64,000 nucleotides of DNA, from assembly GCA_964539415.1 (NCBI GenBank), contig CAZIID010000001.1, positions 11,979 to 75,978 of the forward strand, given 5' to 3'. This document shows, piece after piece, positions 1-8,290 of this stretch (the first letter of the stretch is position 1; each line of letters begins with the position of its first letter). This DNA comes from an uncultured Candidatus Saccharibacteria bacterium. Its GTDB lineage: Bacteria > Patescibacteriota > Minisyncoccia > Phycocordibacterales > GWA1-40-21. The notes under the pieces were generated by a model. The model searched no databases. It saw nothing but the letters and a program-made list of their open reading frames with translations, and was not told the origin of the DNA. The position numbers and the translations under genes are program-made.

Positions 1-128
1 ATGTCCAATTCTCCAAACTTCTTCCAATAATTTCGTTCTAGAATCTCAAAACTATGTTTCATAAGAAACATACAGGCAATATCCTCACCAAGATCTCCTG
101 TTTCCCTATTTTTAGTCTTATCTTTCAT
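1..128 (-). CDS. YraN/UPF0102 family putative endonuclease; N-terminal part only, the 3' end lies off the window
   Basis: Reverse-strand ATG at 126-128. The translation MKDKTKNRETGDLGEDIACMFLMKHSFEILERNYWKKFGELD matches the conserved GE..A...L...G..IL.RN....GEID core of the YraN family. Confidence 0.55.
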   Translation of the reverse strand, partial: MKDKTKNRETGDLGEDIACMFLMKHSFEILERNYWKKFGELD

Positions 129-197
129 ATTTTACTCTATTTTAAGGTATTTAAAGCTTTTTTGTCAATCTTAACTATAAAAGGTTTCGTGTGTAAC

Positions 198-238
198 ATA
201 TCTCAAATAATGTTACTTAGTAACATTATTTGAGATAT
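198..238. repeat. 41-bp perfect palindrome (20-bp arms ATATCTCAAATAATGTTACT / AGTAACATTATTTGAGATAT around a single central T)
   Basis: Seen directly in the sequence. It lies upstream of the partial yraN-like gene on the minus strand. Confidence 0.8.
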
Positions 239-482
239 TAGCTGTCTTTAACCTGTTTGTCCTAAAAATAGCTATATTTATAGCCATATAATCACTAAAG
301 GACCGATAAAATAGGCTTGTTTGCGCATTGTTTCAGATTGTCTTTAATCAACATATACACATAGTTATCCACAGTTTTCCTTTAGAAAATGGCTAAAAAT
401 ATAGAAAGTGACTTTTATTATACTTTTTTGACCTTAATTTTATAGAACTGTCTCTAAAAGTAATAATAGCTAATGTCTTTAA

Positions 483-802
483 ATGTTTCGGGTGAAACAT
501 AATCAGAATTGTTCGTAAATAAAAAAGAAGGGCTTCGAACACTATACAAATATCAATGAAGCTGAAAACAGTAGGAATTTCGACCGTTACACGGTCAGTA
601 CCCCTTTCCCATTTACTCATAATCAGAATTACTCGTAAATAGGGGAAAGGGCTTCGAATCCTACACAAAAACAATAATATTGCTTTCGCGAGATATATAG
701 GACCGTGAGTACACTTTTCGACCGTTACACGGTCAGTACCCCTTTCCCATTTACTCATAATCAGAATTACTCGTAAATAGGGGAAAGGGCTTCGAATCCT
801 AC
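483..802 (+). repeat. Tandem direct repeat with about a 139-bp period: two near-identical 86-bp cores (578-664 and 717-802) plus a degenerate third copy (about 483-550). Each unit carries two hairpins and ends in GGGCTTCGAATCCTAC.
   Basis: Copies A and B are identical over about 86 bp (TTCGACCGTTACACGGTCAGTACCCCTTTCCC...GGGGAAAGGGCTTCGAATCCTAC). Each contains a GACCGT/ACGGTC hairpin and a CCCTTTCCC/GGGAAAGGG hairpin. The 121-aa ORF 393..758 is only a translation artefact of this repeat. Confidence 0.75.
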
Positions 803-870
803 TCGCGAGTGATACATATCACTCGCTTGAGAGCACAAAATAAAAACTGCCTAAGCAGTTTATATTTTGT

Positions 871-941
871 GCTCTCAGTAGGATTCGAACCTACAATAAT
901 GGTTTCGAAGACCATTGTGATATCCATTTCACTATGAGAGC
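871..941 (-). tRNA. tRNA-Arg (anticodon TCG); no CCA encoded
   Basis: The reverse complement folds as a cloverleaf: acceptor GCTCTCA/TGAGAGC, anticodon stem ATGGT/ACCAT with loop CTTCGAA, and T-arm GTAGG-TTCGAAT-CCTAC. Confidence 0.8.
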
Positions 942-1060
942 ATTTCTAATAAGTATGAGATAGGGTAATCATACGCTAAAATGATAAAAAATCAAAAGTT
1001 TGTTAATATTTTTGATTTTTAATTTTTTATATGTATAATAGTAAAGTCAAAGAAATAAAT

Positions 1061-1131
1061 GCGGGCGTGGTTTAATGGTAGAACAAGTCCTTGCCAAGGA
1101 TTGGATTCGGGTTCGATTCCCGGCGCCCGCA
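1061..1131 (+). tRNA. tRNA-Gly (anticodon GCC); no CCA encoded
   Basis: Acceptor GCGGGCG/CGCCCGC, anticodon stem AGTCC/GGATT with loop TTGCCAA, T-arm TCGGG-TTCGATT-CCCGG, discriminator A. Confidence 0.85.
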
Positions 1132-1236
1132 CTAATAAGAGAAAAAAATTTGACTGCGTGCGATAAAACAAATAGGTAGCAACTACTATCTCGCACAGAA
1201 TACTTAAATAATTTTTCTCTGATATAATATATTGAA

Positions 1237-2772
1237 ATGCTCAAAATAGATGGGGAATTCAAAAATATTCCTAAAATAATTTGGGAAACAGCACAGAAGC
1301 TTGAGAAAGCCGGTTTTGAGGCATACCTAATAGGTGGATGTGTTAGAGATATATTAATAAACAGAGCACCCAATGATTGGGATTTTACTACAAATGCTAC
1401 GCCAGATGAGATAATTGCTATTTTTGATAAGACTTTTTATGAAAACACTTACGGAACAGTTGGTGTTGTAAATGAAGACGTTTCACTAATCACAGGAGCA
1501 GACGGACAAGTAGATGAAACACTCAAGGTTATTGAAATAACACCTTATAGACTAGAAGCAGAATATTCAGACAACAGAAGACCAGATAGTGTTTCATTCA
1601 GTGAAAATCTAGAAGATGATCTAAAAAGACGTGATTTTACCGTAAATGCTATAGGACTTCACTTACACAGCTATGACGAAGCAACAGATACCTATAAAGG
1701 ACACTTGATTGACCTTTATAAAGGACAGGAAGATTTAACAAAAAAGGTAATAAGGACAGTTGGGCTACCAGAAGAAAGATTTGCAGAAGACGGCCTTAGA
1801 ATTTTGCGTGCAGTCAGAATTGCCACTCAGATTGGATTTAAAATTGAAGATAAAACGAAAGAAGCAATCATAAAATATGCGCCACTTTTGGAAAAAATAG
1901 CAAAAGAAAGAATTAGAGAAGAATTTACTAAGATAATAACATCAGACGAACCTGAAAGGGGATTGAATGCTTGTTATAAGCTTGGCGTACTCAAATACAT
2001 AATTCCAGAACTTGAAAAAACAATAAGTATAGAGCAGGGTGGGGCACATATTTATGATGTTTGGGAACATTCGCTAAAAGCTCTTCAGTGTGCAGCAGAC
2101 AAGAAATATTCGCTCGAGATTAGGCTAGCGGCTCTTTTACATGATATTGGTAAACCAAAAGCTAGACGTGCTGGTACAAACAAAGAATGGTCATTCTATG
2201 GGCATGAGGTTGTGGGAGCAAGATTTACAGAAAAAATACTCAATGATCTCAGATATCCAAAGAAAATTATAGAAAAAACGACAAAACTAGTTAGATGGCA
2301 TATGTTTTTCTCAGACACAGAACTTATAAGTCTTTCTGCAGTTAGAAGAATCATTGCTCAGGTGGGTAAAGATAATATTTGGGATCTTATGAATGTGAGA
2401 ATCTGTGACAGGGTAGGAATGGGTAAAGAAAAGGAAGATCCATATAGACTAAGGAAATATCATGCAATGATTGATGAGGCTGTAAGAGACCCTATCACTG
2501 TTGGAATGCTCAAACTTGATGGTAAACAACTTATGGAAGTACTTGGCGAGAAACCTGGACCGAAGATTGGTTTCATACTTCATGCAATGCTAGAAGACGT
2601 GCTGGATGACCCAAAGCTTAATACCGAAGAATATCTAACAAAAAGGGCAGAGGAGCTAGTAAAGATGACAGAAAAGGAATTAAAGAAGATAGGAGAAGAA
2701 GGTAAAAAGAAAAAGGAAGAAGAAAACCAAGTAGAGATTAAGGAGATAAGGAGTAAGCATAAGGTCAAATAA
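1237..2772 (+). CDS. cca: CCA-adding tRNA nucleotidyltransferase with HD domain
   Basis: Carries the N-terminal polymerase-beta nucleotidyltransferase motif (LIGGCVRDILI) and a downstream HD-domain region. It lies directly after two tRNAs that lack an encoded CCA. Confidence 0.8.
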   Translation: MLKIDGEFKNIPKIIWETAQKLEKAGFEAYLIGGCVRDILINRAPNDWDFTTNATPDEIIAIFDKTFYENTYGTVGVVNEDVSLITGADGQVDETLKVIEITPYRLEAEYSDNRRPDSVSFSENLEDDLKRRDFTVNAIGLHLHSYDEATDTYKGHLIDLYKGQEDLTKKVIRTVGLPEERFAEDGLRILRAVRIATQIGFKIEDKTKEAIIKYAPLLEKIAKERIREEFTKIITSDEPERGLNACYKLGVLKYIIPELEKTISIEQGGAHIYDVWEHSLKALQCAADKKYSLEIRLAALLHDIGKPKARRAGTNKEWSFYGHEVVGARFTEKILNDLRYPKKIIEKTTKLVRWHMFFSDTELISLSAVRRIIAQVGKDNIWDLMNVRICDRVGMGKEKEDPYRLRKYHAMIDEAVRDPITVGMLKLDGKQLMEVLGEKPGPKIGFILHAMLEDVLDDPKLNTEEYLTKRAEELVKMTEKELKKIGEEGKKKKEEENQVEIKEIRSKHKVK

Positions 2773-2808
2773 CTAGCTTTTAATAACCCTTATGATAATA
2801 TATTGATT

Positions 2809-3168
2809 ATGATAGATACAAATAAATACAAAATAATATTGGAAGCAGAATTAAAGAAAGTTGAAGGGGAACTTGGAACAGTTGCACAAAAAAATCCTAG
2901 TGTTAAAAACGACTGGCAAGCAGTTGCAACAAATCTTGAAGATGCAGATGATGAATCGGATCCAAATGATAATGCAGACAAGATAGAAGAATTTGAAACA
3001 AATGTTGCTATCACAGAAGACCTAGAAATAAGATTTACTGAAATAAAAGAGGCTTTGAAGAGAATAGAAGATGGAACCTATGGAAAATGTAGTGTTGATG
3101 GGGAAGAAATACCAGAAGAAAGACTAAACGCAAACCCAGCAGCAAAGAATTGTATAAAGCATTCATAA
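2809..3168 (+). CDS. DksA/TraR family C4-type zinc-finger protein
   Basis: Coiled-coil N-terminus followed by the C-terminal CSVDGEEIPEERLNANPAAKNC motif typical of DksA/TraR. The ORF track starts at a TTG at 2803; the ATG at 2809 is more likely. Confidence 0.55.
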   Translation: MIDTNKYKIILEAELKKVEGELGTVAQKNPSVKNDWQAVATNLEDADDESDPNDNADKIEEFETNVAITEDLEIRFTEIKEALKRIEDGTYGKCSVDGEEIPEERLNANPAAKNCIKHS

Positions 3169-3173
3169 TCTTA

Positions 3174-3199
3174 AAAAAACACCTTCGGGTGTTTTTTGT
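3174..3199 (+). terminator. Rho-independent terminator (CACC-TTCG-GGTG hairpin followed by a T-run)
   Basis: Seen directly in the sequence after the dksA-like gene. Confidence 0.6.
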
Positions 3200-3223
3200 T
3201 TTATGTGATATAATTTTCTGCAA

Positions 3224-4831
3224 ATGTCGTTTGCAAAAACTTATAGCGCGCAAACTGTTGGTCTTACCGCAAAAATTATTGATGTTGAAGTAGATCTTTC
3301 AAAAGGACTTCATTCTTTCTCCGTTGTTGGTCTTCCAGATAAAGCAGTTGAAGAATCTAAAGACAGAGTTTCTGCATCTATAAAAAACTCCGGCTATAAA
3401 TCTCCTAAAGCAAAGAACGAAAAGATAACAGTTTTTCTTGCACCTGCTGATATAAAGAAAGAAGGGCCTGCATTTGATGTCGCTATTGCCCTTGCATACC
3501 TTATCGCAAGTGATGAAATAAAATTTGATCCAGAGAAAAAACTTTTCTTGGGTGAACTTTCGCTTGATGGTAAACTCCGAAGAATAACCGGCGTGTTGCC
3601 AATAATTTCCAAAGCAAAAAATGCGGGTTTTAAACAAATATTTTTACCTAAAGAAAATGCCAGGGAAGCGGGACTCATAGAAGGTATAGAAATATATGGA
3701 GCAGGCACTTTACAAGAGATTATTGAACATATTAATGAAAAACCAGCATCCACTTCTGTCCTTCCCGCGAAGGCGGGGATCCAGAGATCGGCAAAATATA
3801 CAGCAAATGAGAAGACCATCAAAAAAATTCTTCTTCAACCAAAAACTTGTGTAGAGAAAAATTGTCTAGAAGAATATGATATTGATTTTGGAGATATCAA
3901 AGGACAGGAAACTGCAAAGAGGGGACTTGAGATTGCCGCAGCGGGTGGACACAACATCGCGATGTTTGGACCCCCAGGAACCGGAAAGACGATGCTCGCA
4001 CGTGCATTTTGTCACATATTACCTCCACTTTCTTTTGACGAACTTTTGGAAATCACTTCAATTCATTCTGTTGCAGGGATTCTAAAAGAAGATTTGATTT
4101 CAAAACCACCGATCAGGTCTCCGCATCACACATCATCTTATGTTTCACTCGTCGGAGGTGGTGCAATTCCAAAGCCCGGCGAAGTGACGCTCGCGCACAG
4201 AGGAGTATTATTCCTAGACGAATTTCCAGAGTTTGATAGGAAAGTCATAGAAGCGCTTCGTGAACCTCTTGAGGAAGGAGAGATAAGTATTTCACGTGCA
4301 AAAGGTTCACACACCTTTCCGGCAAGTTTCATTTTAATCGCCGCAATGAATCCATGCCCTTGTGGGAACTTTGGTTCAAAGAATAAAGAATGTATCTGTA
4401 AACCTACCGATTTACTTCGATATCAAAGGAAGATCTCTGGACCAATAGCAGACAGAATAGATATGTGGGTGGAAGTTTCACAGATTGATTATGATAAGCT
4501 CGGCGAGAAGAGGGAAAAGAAAGAAACACCAGAGATGCAAGGACGAGTCAGTGACGCCCGAGATATACAAAGAAAAAGATTTTTGAACGCCAGCAAAAAA
4601 ATTACGGCAAATAGCGAGATGAATTCAAAAGATGTAAACGAATTTTGCACTATCGGTGAAAAAGAAAAAGAAATTTTAAATACATCAGCAAGAAAGCTAA
4701 ATTTATCAGCGAGAGCATATCACAGAGTGTTAAAACTTGCTCGAACAATAGCAGATCTTGAAGAAAGCCCTGAGATAAAAATGCCTCATATACTTGAAGC
4801 ATTACAATATAGACCAAAGAGACAAGAATAG
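3224..4831 (+). CDS. comM: YifB/ComM family Mg-chelatase-like AAA+ ATPase
   Basis: N-terminal Lon-protease-like domain, Walker A GPPGTGKT, and the C-terminal Mg-chelatase ChlI-like region. Contains an in-frame miniature-repeat insertion at 3758-3782. Confidence 0.8.
   Translation: MSFAKTYSAQTVGLTAKIIDVEVDLSKGLHSFSVVGLPDKAVEESKDRVSASIKNSGYKSPKAKNEKITVFLAPADIKKEGPAFDVAIALAYLIASDEIKFDPEKKLFLGELSLDGKLRRITGVLPIISKAKNAGFKQIFLPKENAREAGLIEGIEIYGAGTLQEIIEHINEKPASTSVLPAKAGIQRSAKYTANEKTIKKILLQPKTCVEKNCLEEYDIDFGDIKGQETAKRGLEIAAAGGHNIAMFGPPGTGKTMLARAFCHILPPLSFDELLEITSIHSVAGILKEDLISKPPIRSPHHTSSYVSLVGGGAIPKPGEVTLAHRGVLFLDEFPEFDRKVIEALREPLEEGEISISRAKGSHTFPASFILIAAMNPCPCGNFGSKNKECICKPTDLLRYQRKISGPIADRIDMWVEVSQIDYDKLGEKREKKETPEMQGRVSDARDIQRKRFLNASKKITANSEMNSKDVNEFCTIGEKEKEILNTSARKLNLSARAYHRVLKLARTIADLEESPEIKMPHILEALQYRPKRQE
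3758..3782 (+). mobile_element. Degenerate copy of the GTCATTCCCGCGAAGGCGGGAATCC hairpin element, inserted in-frame in comM (translated ...SVLPAKAGIQ...)
   Basis: GTCCTTCCCGCGAAGGCGGGGATCC differs by 2 nt from the intergenic copies at 29929 and 48016. Confidence 0.6.
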
Positions 4832-4897
4832 TCGACCTTTATATAATCAGTAACTGACTATATAATAGTTAAGGTTTACTAATCAATAATATTACTA

Positions 4898-6244
4898 ATG
4901 AAAAACCTTTTAATAAAGACAGGAATAATTTTAGGTGGGACCGGCTTTGTGGTTTTAATAAATTTTCTATTTTTAAACTATAAAGGTGGTCTAAATGACG
5001 CAGCAAACGTGTCTCTACCAATGAATGTTAATAACAAAGTTCTCATAATTGCTGCAAATGGATATGGTTCTACAGGGTCTTTCACTGAAGCGGTTAACAA
5101 ACAACTTCAATCAGTCCAATGTGACAACATAGATAAAATATTTTACAAACTACCCCAGTCAAATAGTGCAAAGATAAATGGGCAGGCAATAAACAAAAAA
5201 ATCACTGAAACTCTCGCCAAAGATAAAAATACCAAAATTCTTGTAACCGCTCATTCGATTGCTGCTATTGGAGCGTGGAACTATAAATATTCCGGTCCAT
5301 ACACAAACAATGTCACTTATTTATTGTATGATCCACCTTACAATGCAGCTGGTTTTCTTACACCGGAATTTATCAAACTTCTTCCAAATGCCGGTTTCTT
5401 GAAATATGTCGCCAACGGAGGCGAAATAACCGCAGCAAAAAAGTCAGGGATTGCAAACTACTTCAATACCATAAAATGGACAAATGGATATAAAATGTCA
5501 GGGGTTCCGCCGTTCCGAACAGCAGCGCAGAAAAAAGCGAATCTTGAATTAGAGAGAAAACACGTTACGTTTGAAGGGACTAATAATTACACAAAGCTTG
5601 CGGATGTTTTTAATTGGGCAATTAATTATTGCCCGCGCCACATAAGTGGGGGAACACCATATACACCTTATGTCCCCCCTCCTGCACATGATAAACCCGT
5701 AATCTACCTATACCCAACACAAACCGAAAAAGTTAAGGTACAACTGGATTACAAAGGAGAGTTAGTTGTTGATTATCCTGAATACAACTATGATATGAAG
5801 GGTTGGGAAGTCACAGCTCATCCTGATGGAACAATAATAGATTCGGATGGAAAAGAATACAGTTATATATTCTGGGAGGGACTACCTAATGAGGAAATTG
5901 ATTACGATCTTTCAAAGGGGTTCATTGTAAAAGGTGAAGATACTGTAAACTTCCTACAACAAACTCTTTCAAAAATGGGTCTAATACCAAAAGAGTATAA
6001 TGAATTTATAGTTTATTGGTATCCAAAGATGAAAGACAATAAGTACAATCTAATACGTTTTGCTGATGAGGAATATACTGACATCGCACCACTTACGATT
6101 ACACCAGAACCAGATTCCATGTTAAGAGTATTCATGGTTTACAAGCCCCTCGAGGAAGCAATACAAATCCAAAAGCAGGATCTGAAAACATTCGAAAGAA
6201 AAGGATTTACGGTCATTGAGTGGGGAGGAGCTGAATTGAAATAA
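4898..6244 (+). CDS. Membrane-anchored hypothetical protein with a lipase/esterase-like N-terminal domain (AHSIA nucleophile-elbow-like motif)
   Basis: N-terminal TM helix. The TAHSIAA motif resembles the Sm-X-Ser-X-Sm elbow. No further homology recognised. Confidence 0.4.
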   Translation: MKNLLIKTGIILGGTGFVVLINFLFLNYKGGLNDAANVSLPMNVNNKVLIIAANGYGSTGSFTEAVNKQLQSVQCDNIDKIFYKLPQSNSAKINGQAINKKITETLAKDKNTKILVTAHSIAAIGAWNYKYSGPYTNNVTYLLYDPPYNAAGFLTPEFIKLLPNAGFLKYVANGGEITAAKKSGIANYFNTIKWTNGYKMSGVPPFRTAAQKKANLELERKHVTFEGTNNYTKLADVFNWAINYCPRHISGGTPYTPYVPPPAHDKPVIYLYPTQTEKVKVQLDYKGELVVDYPEYNYDMKGWEVTAHPDGTIIDSDGKEYSYIFWEGLPNEEIDYDLSKGFIVKGEDTVNFLQQTLSKMGLIPKEYNEFIVYWYPKMKDNKYNLIRFADEEYTDIAPLTITPEPDSMLRVFMVYKPLEEAIQIQKQDLKTFERKGFTVIEWGGAELK

Positions 6245-6245
6245 G

Positions 6246-6277
6246 AAAAAGCCTGAGAATTTTCTCAGGCTTTTTTG
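6246..6277. terminator. Bidirectional rho-independent terminator (GCCTGAGAA/TTCTCAGGC)
   Basis: Hairpin flanked by an A-run on one side and a T-run on the other, between convergent genes. Confidence 0.7.
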
Positions 6278-6280
6278 TTT

Positions 6281-6718
6281 TTATATTTTGATGACAGCAA
6301 TCATTTCTCTTTCATCTTCTGTATCTGGATCATCCCAAATAGGCAAAAATGTTTTTACATCCAAACTGGTTTTTCTTTTTAATCTTGGATCAGCAATATA
6401 TACTCTATTATTTTTTACTCCGTACACAACAGAGAAATGCCCTCCACCATGTCTCGTCCAATAAATTATCACCGGAATCCCTTTATCAGTTATTTTTTGT
6501 AATTCAGCGATACTTGATCCAACTTTATACTCAACTTTAAATCCTAATTTTTTTATCGCGGAGACTACTTTGTCTGTGGAACAACCTTCTCTTGTTTCAC
6601 CGATAATACCAGCAACTTCTTTTTCTGTTTTCTTTATTCCATAAAAGCCTAAAATCATTCGGAGAGATGAGGGGCCACAGAACCCTTTTGTTTGTTGAAA
6701 AAGTTTAATTTTTAACAT
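6281..6718 (-). CDS. Peptidase C39-like (papain-fold) domain protein
   Basis: Cys motif FCGPSSLRMIL and His motif GGGHFSVVYG are typical of the C39 / C39-like peptidase family. The start is set at the ATG at 6718 (MLKIK...), because the upstream TTG-initiated extension overlaps a terminator hairpin. Confidence 0.55.
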   Translation of the reverse strand: MLKIKLFQQTKGFCGPSSLRMILGFYGIKKTEKEVAGIIGETREGCSTDKVVSAIKKLGFKVEYKVGSSIAELQKITDKGIPVIIYWTRHGGGHFSVVYGVKNNRVYIADPRLKRKTSLDVKTFLPIWDDPDTEDEREMIAVIKI

Positions 6719-6749
6719 GAAGACATTATATCTTTTTGCGAGACAAACA

Positions 6750-6791
6750 AAAAGCGGGTTTTGAGGAAGCTTCCTCAAAACCCGCTTTTTT
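6750..6791 (-). terminator. Hairpin AAAAGCGGGTTTTGAGGAAGCTTCCTCAAAACCCGCTTTTTT
   Basis: Near-perfect palindrome with flanking A/T runs. Confidence 0.55.
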
Positions 6792-6794
6792 AAA

Positions 6795-6905
6795 GTTTGG
6801 AATTACCCCAGCTCCAAAAGTCATACGGCCTCGTGCTTGGTCAAAAGAGGACAGGACTATTCGTCCACGCACTCGACCTAGGTTGGAGAGGGGTTAATTT
6901 TTACA
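6795..6905 (+). ncRNA. Candidate structured RNA element; strand and identity unknown
   Basis: The 5' segment GGAATTACCCCAGCTCC can pair with the 3' segment GGAGAGGGGTTAATTT, enclosing about 80 nt. A terminator hairpin follows at 6913-6940. No known RNA family was recognised. Confidence 0.2.
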
Positions 6906-6912
6906 AGACACA

Positions 6913-6940
6913 AAAAAATCCCCATGAAGGGGATCTTTTT
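6913..6940. terminator. Rho-independent terminator (ATCCCC-ATGAA-GGGGAT with A/T flanks)
   Basis: Seen directly in the sequence, downstream of the M23 peptidase gene on the minus strand. Confidence 0.65.
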
Positions 6941-6951
6941 GTGAGTAAAAA

Positions 6952-7971
6952 TTAGAAAGGATTCTTTGCTCCACGAATCTCAAGGTGTAAGTGAGGTCCG
7001 GTAGAATTTCCGGTATTTCCTGTAAGACCTATAAGTTGGCCTTTTGTAACTCTTTGCCCTGGGGTCACATATACAGCACTTAAGTGACCATAGACAGTTT
7101 GTGAGCCATTGTAGTGTGAAATAACTATGTATTCAGCGTATCCTCCGTTCCATCCTGTAGTTTTTGCTATAACAACTTCACCGCCAGCTGCAGCAACAAG
7201 TGATGATCCAACTGGGATAGCATAGTCAACAGCATTGTATCCGTGCAAGCCTTGAGTCTTTCTTCCTCCAGAAATTGGCAACATATAATATCCAGCATAT
7301 GAAGGAACATTGTCTGTACCTTTTATAAGGGAAGTAGCACCAGTAACGGAAGTTTTTGCAGTTGAAACCTTTGATCCAGCATCTCCATCAGGAATTATAA
7401 CAGTATCTCCAATTGCTAATTTTGATGTTGAATCTAAACTGTTGAACTGCTGAATTTCAGCTAAATCACCTTTATATTTCTTAGCAATAGAACTTAATGT
7501 TTCGCCTTTTGCTACAGTGTGAATAACTCCAGAAACAGGCAATATAACAAGTTCCTGTCCTTCTTTAATTGATTTTCCGGATATATCATTTGCCCAAACA
7601 ATAGTATTTGTTGAAACACCAAACATTTTAGCAATAGAAGAAAGTGAATCTCCCTTTCTAACTATATATCTGCTAATAGTTCCATTTGTAACAGTATCAT
7701 TTATATCAGCAACAGTTCCTGATGGACCATTTTCTGACAAAAGAGCATTACCATCTACTATATTAATATCACCACCTCCAACAGAAGCGCTATTTATAGG
7801 TGATGGAGAACTTTGCAATAATGGCATAGTCTGAGAATTACCGACAATAACAGTTGCTTCCATTTTAGAATCTTTACCAGAGAAAAAGTCTGCTAAAAAT
7901 GAAAAAACACCAGCACTTGTAGTCAATGGGCTACCGACTGTCATCAAGATGGGTAGAGTAATGGCAAACAA
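6952..7971 (-). CDS. LysM-domain M23 family metallopeptidase (peptidoglycan hydrolase)
   Basis: Two LysM repeats (YIVRKGDSLSSIAKMFGVSTNTI and HTVAKGETLSSIAKKYKGDL) and the M23 HxH motif GNTGNSTGPHLHLEIR. The start may be the TTG at 7971 or the ATG at 7944. Confidence 0.8.
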   Translation of the reverse strand: MFAITLPILMTVGSPLTTSAGVFSFLADFFSGKDSKMEATVIVGNSQTMPLLQSSPSPINSASVGGGDINIVDGNALLSENGPSGTVADINDTVTNGTISRYIVRKGDSLSSIAKMFGVSTNTIVWANDISGKSIKEGQELVILPVSGVIHTVAKGETLSSIAKKYKGDLAEIQQFNSLDSTSKLAIGDTVIIPDGDAGSKVSTAKTSVTGATSLIKGTDNVPSYAGYYMLPISGGRKTQGLHGYNAVDYAIPVGSSLVAAAGGEVVIAKTTGWNGGYAEYIVISHYNGSQTVYGHLSAVYVTPGQRVTKGQLIGLTGNTGNSTGPHLHLEIRGAKNPF

Positions 7972-8194
7972 CCACTTACAATAAGTGGCTAATATTAAAG
8001 ATATTTTAGTTTCACCCCTCCTTTTTGCGTTTTTTGGGCTAACTTTGTGAGTTTTTTGTGAAATAAGCCTATTTTGTTAAGGGAATTCAAGCTGTCTGAA
8101 ACCGATATGGCTCAATAGAGCCATAAATAACAGTTTTCCGTGTTTCTGTGTACAATATCTAATGTTACCCTTTTGAAAACCATAGTCAAGAAAG

Positions 8195-8203
8195 TTATCC
8201 ACA
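8195..8203 (+). promoter_or_regulatory. Perfect DnaA-box TTATCCACA followed by AAAATGGCTAAAAATA; the same composite also occurs at 365-373 / 388-403
   Basis: Both the DnaA box and the 16-nt downstream motif are shared by two intergenic sites, at 361-405 and at 8191-8245. Confidence 0.4.
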
Positions 8204-8290
8204 CTTTATTCTCAATATACTATTAAAATGGCTAAAAATAAGGATATTTTTAAATTCTGAGCCGGCGACTTTTCATGCTATATTTACCTG

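Noticed and set aside
393-758. 121-aa minus-strand ORF with an internally repeated peptide (MSKWERGTDRVTVE twice)
   Set aside because: The repeated peptide is simply the translation of the 139-bp tandem DNA repeat. There is no start context, and the region is made of hairpin-rich non-coding repeats.
483-802. Possible CRISPR array
   Set aside because: The repeat unit is 86 bp with a conserved 53-bp spacer and only 2.5 copies. There are no cas genes and no unique spacers, so it is not a CRISPR.
1047-1373. 108-aa minus-strand ORF
   Set aside because: It lies antisense across tRNA-Gly and the cca start region, so it is a spurious ORF.
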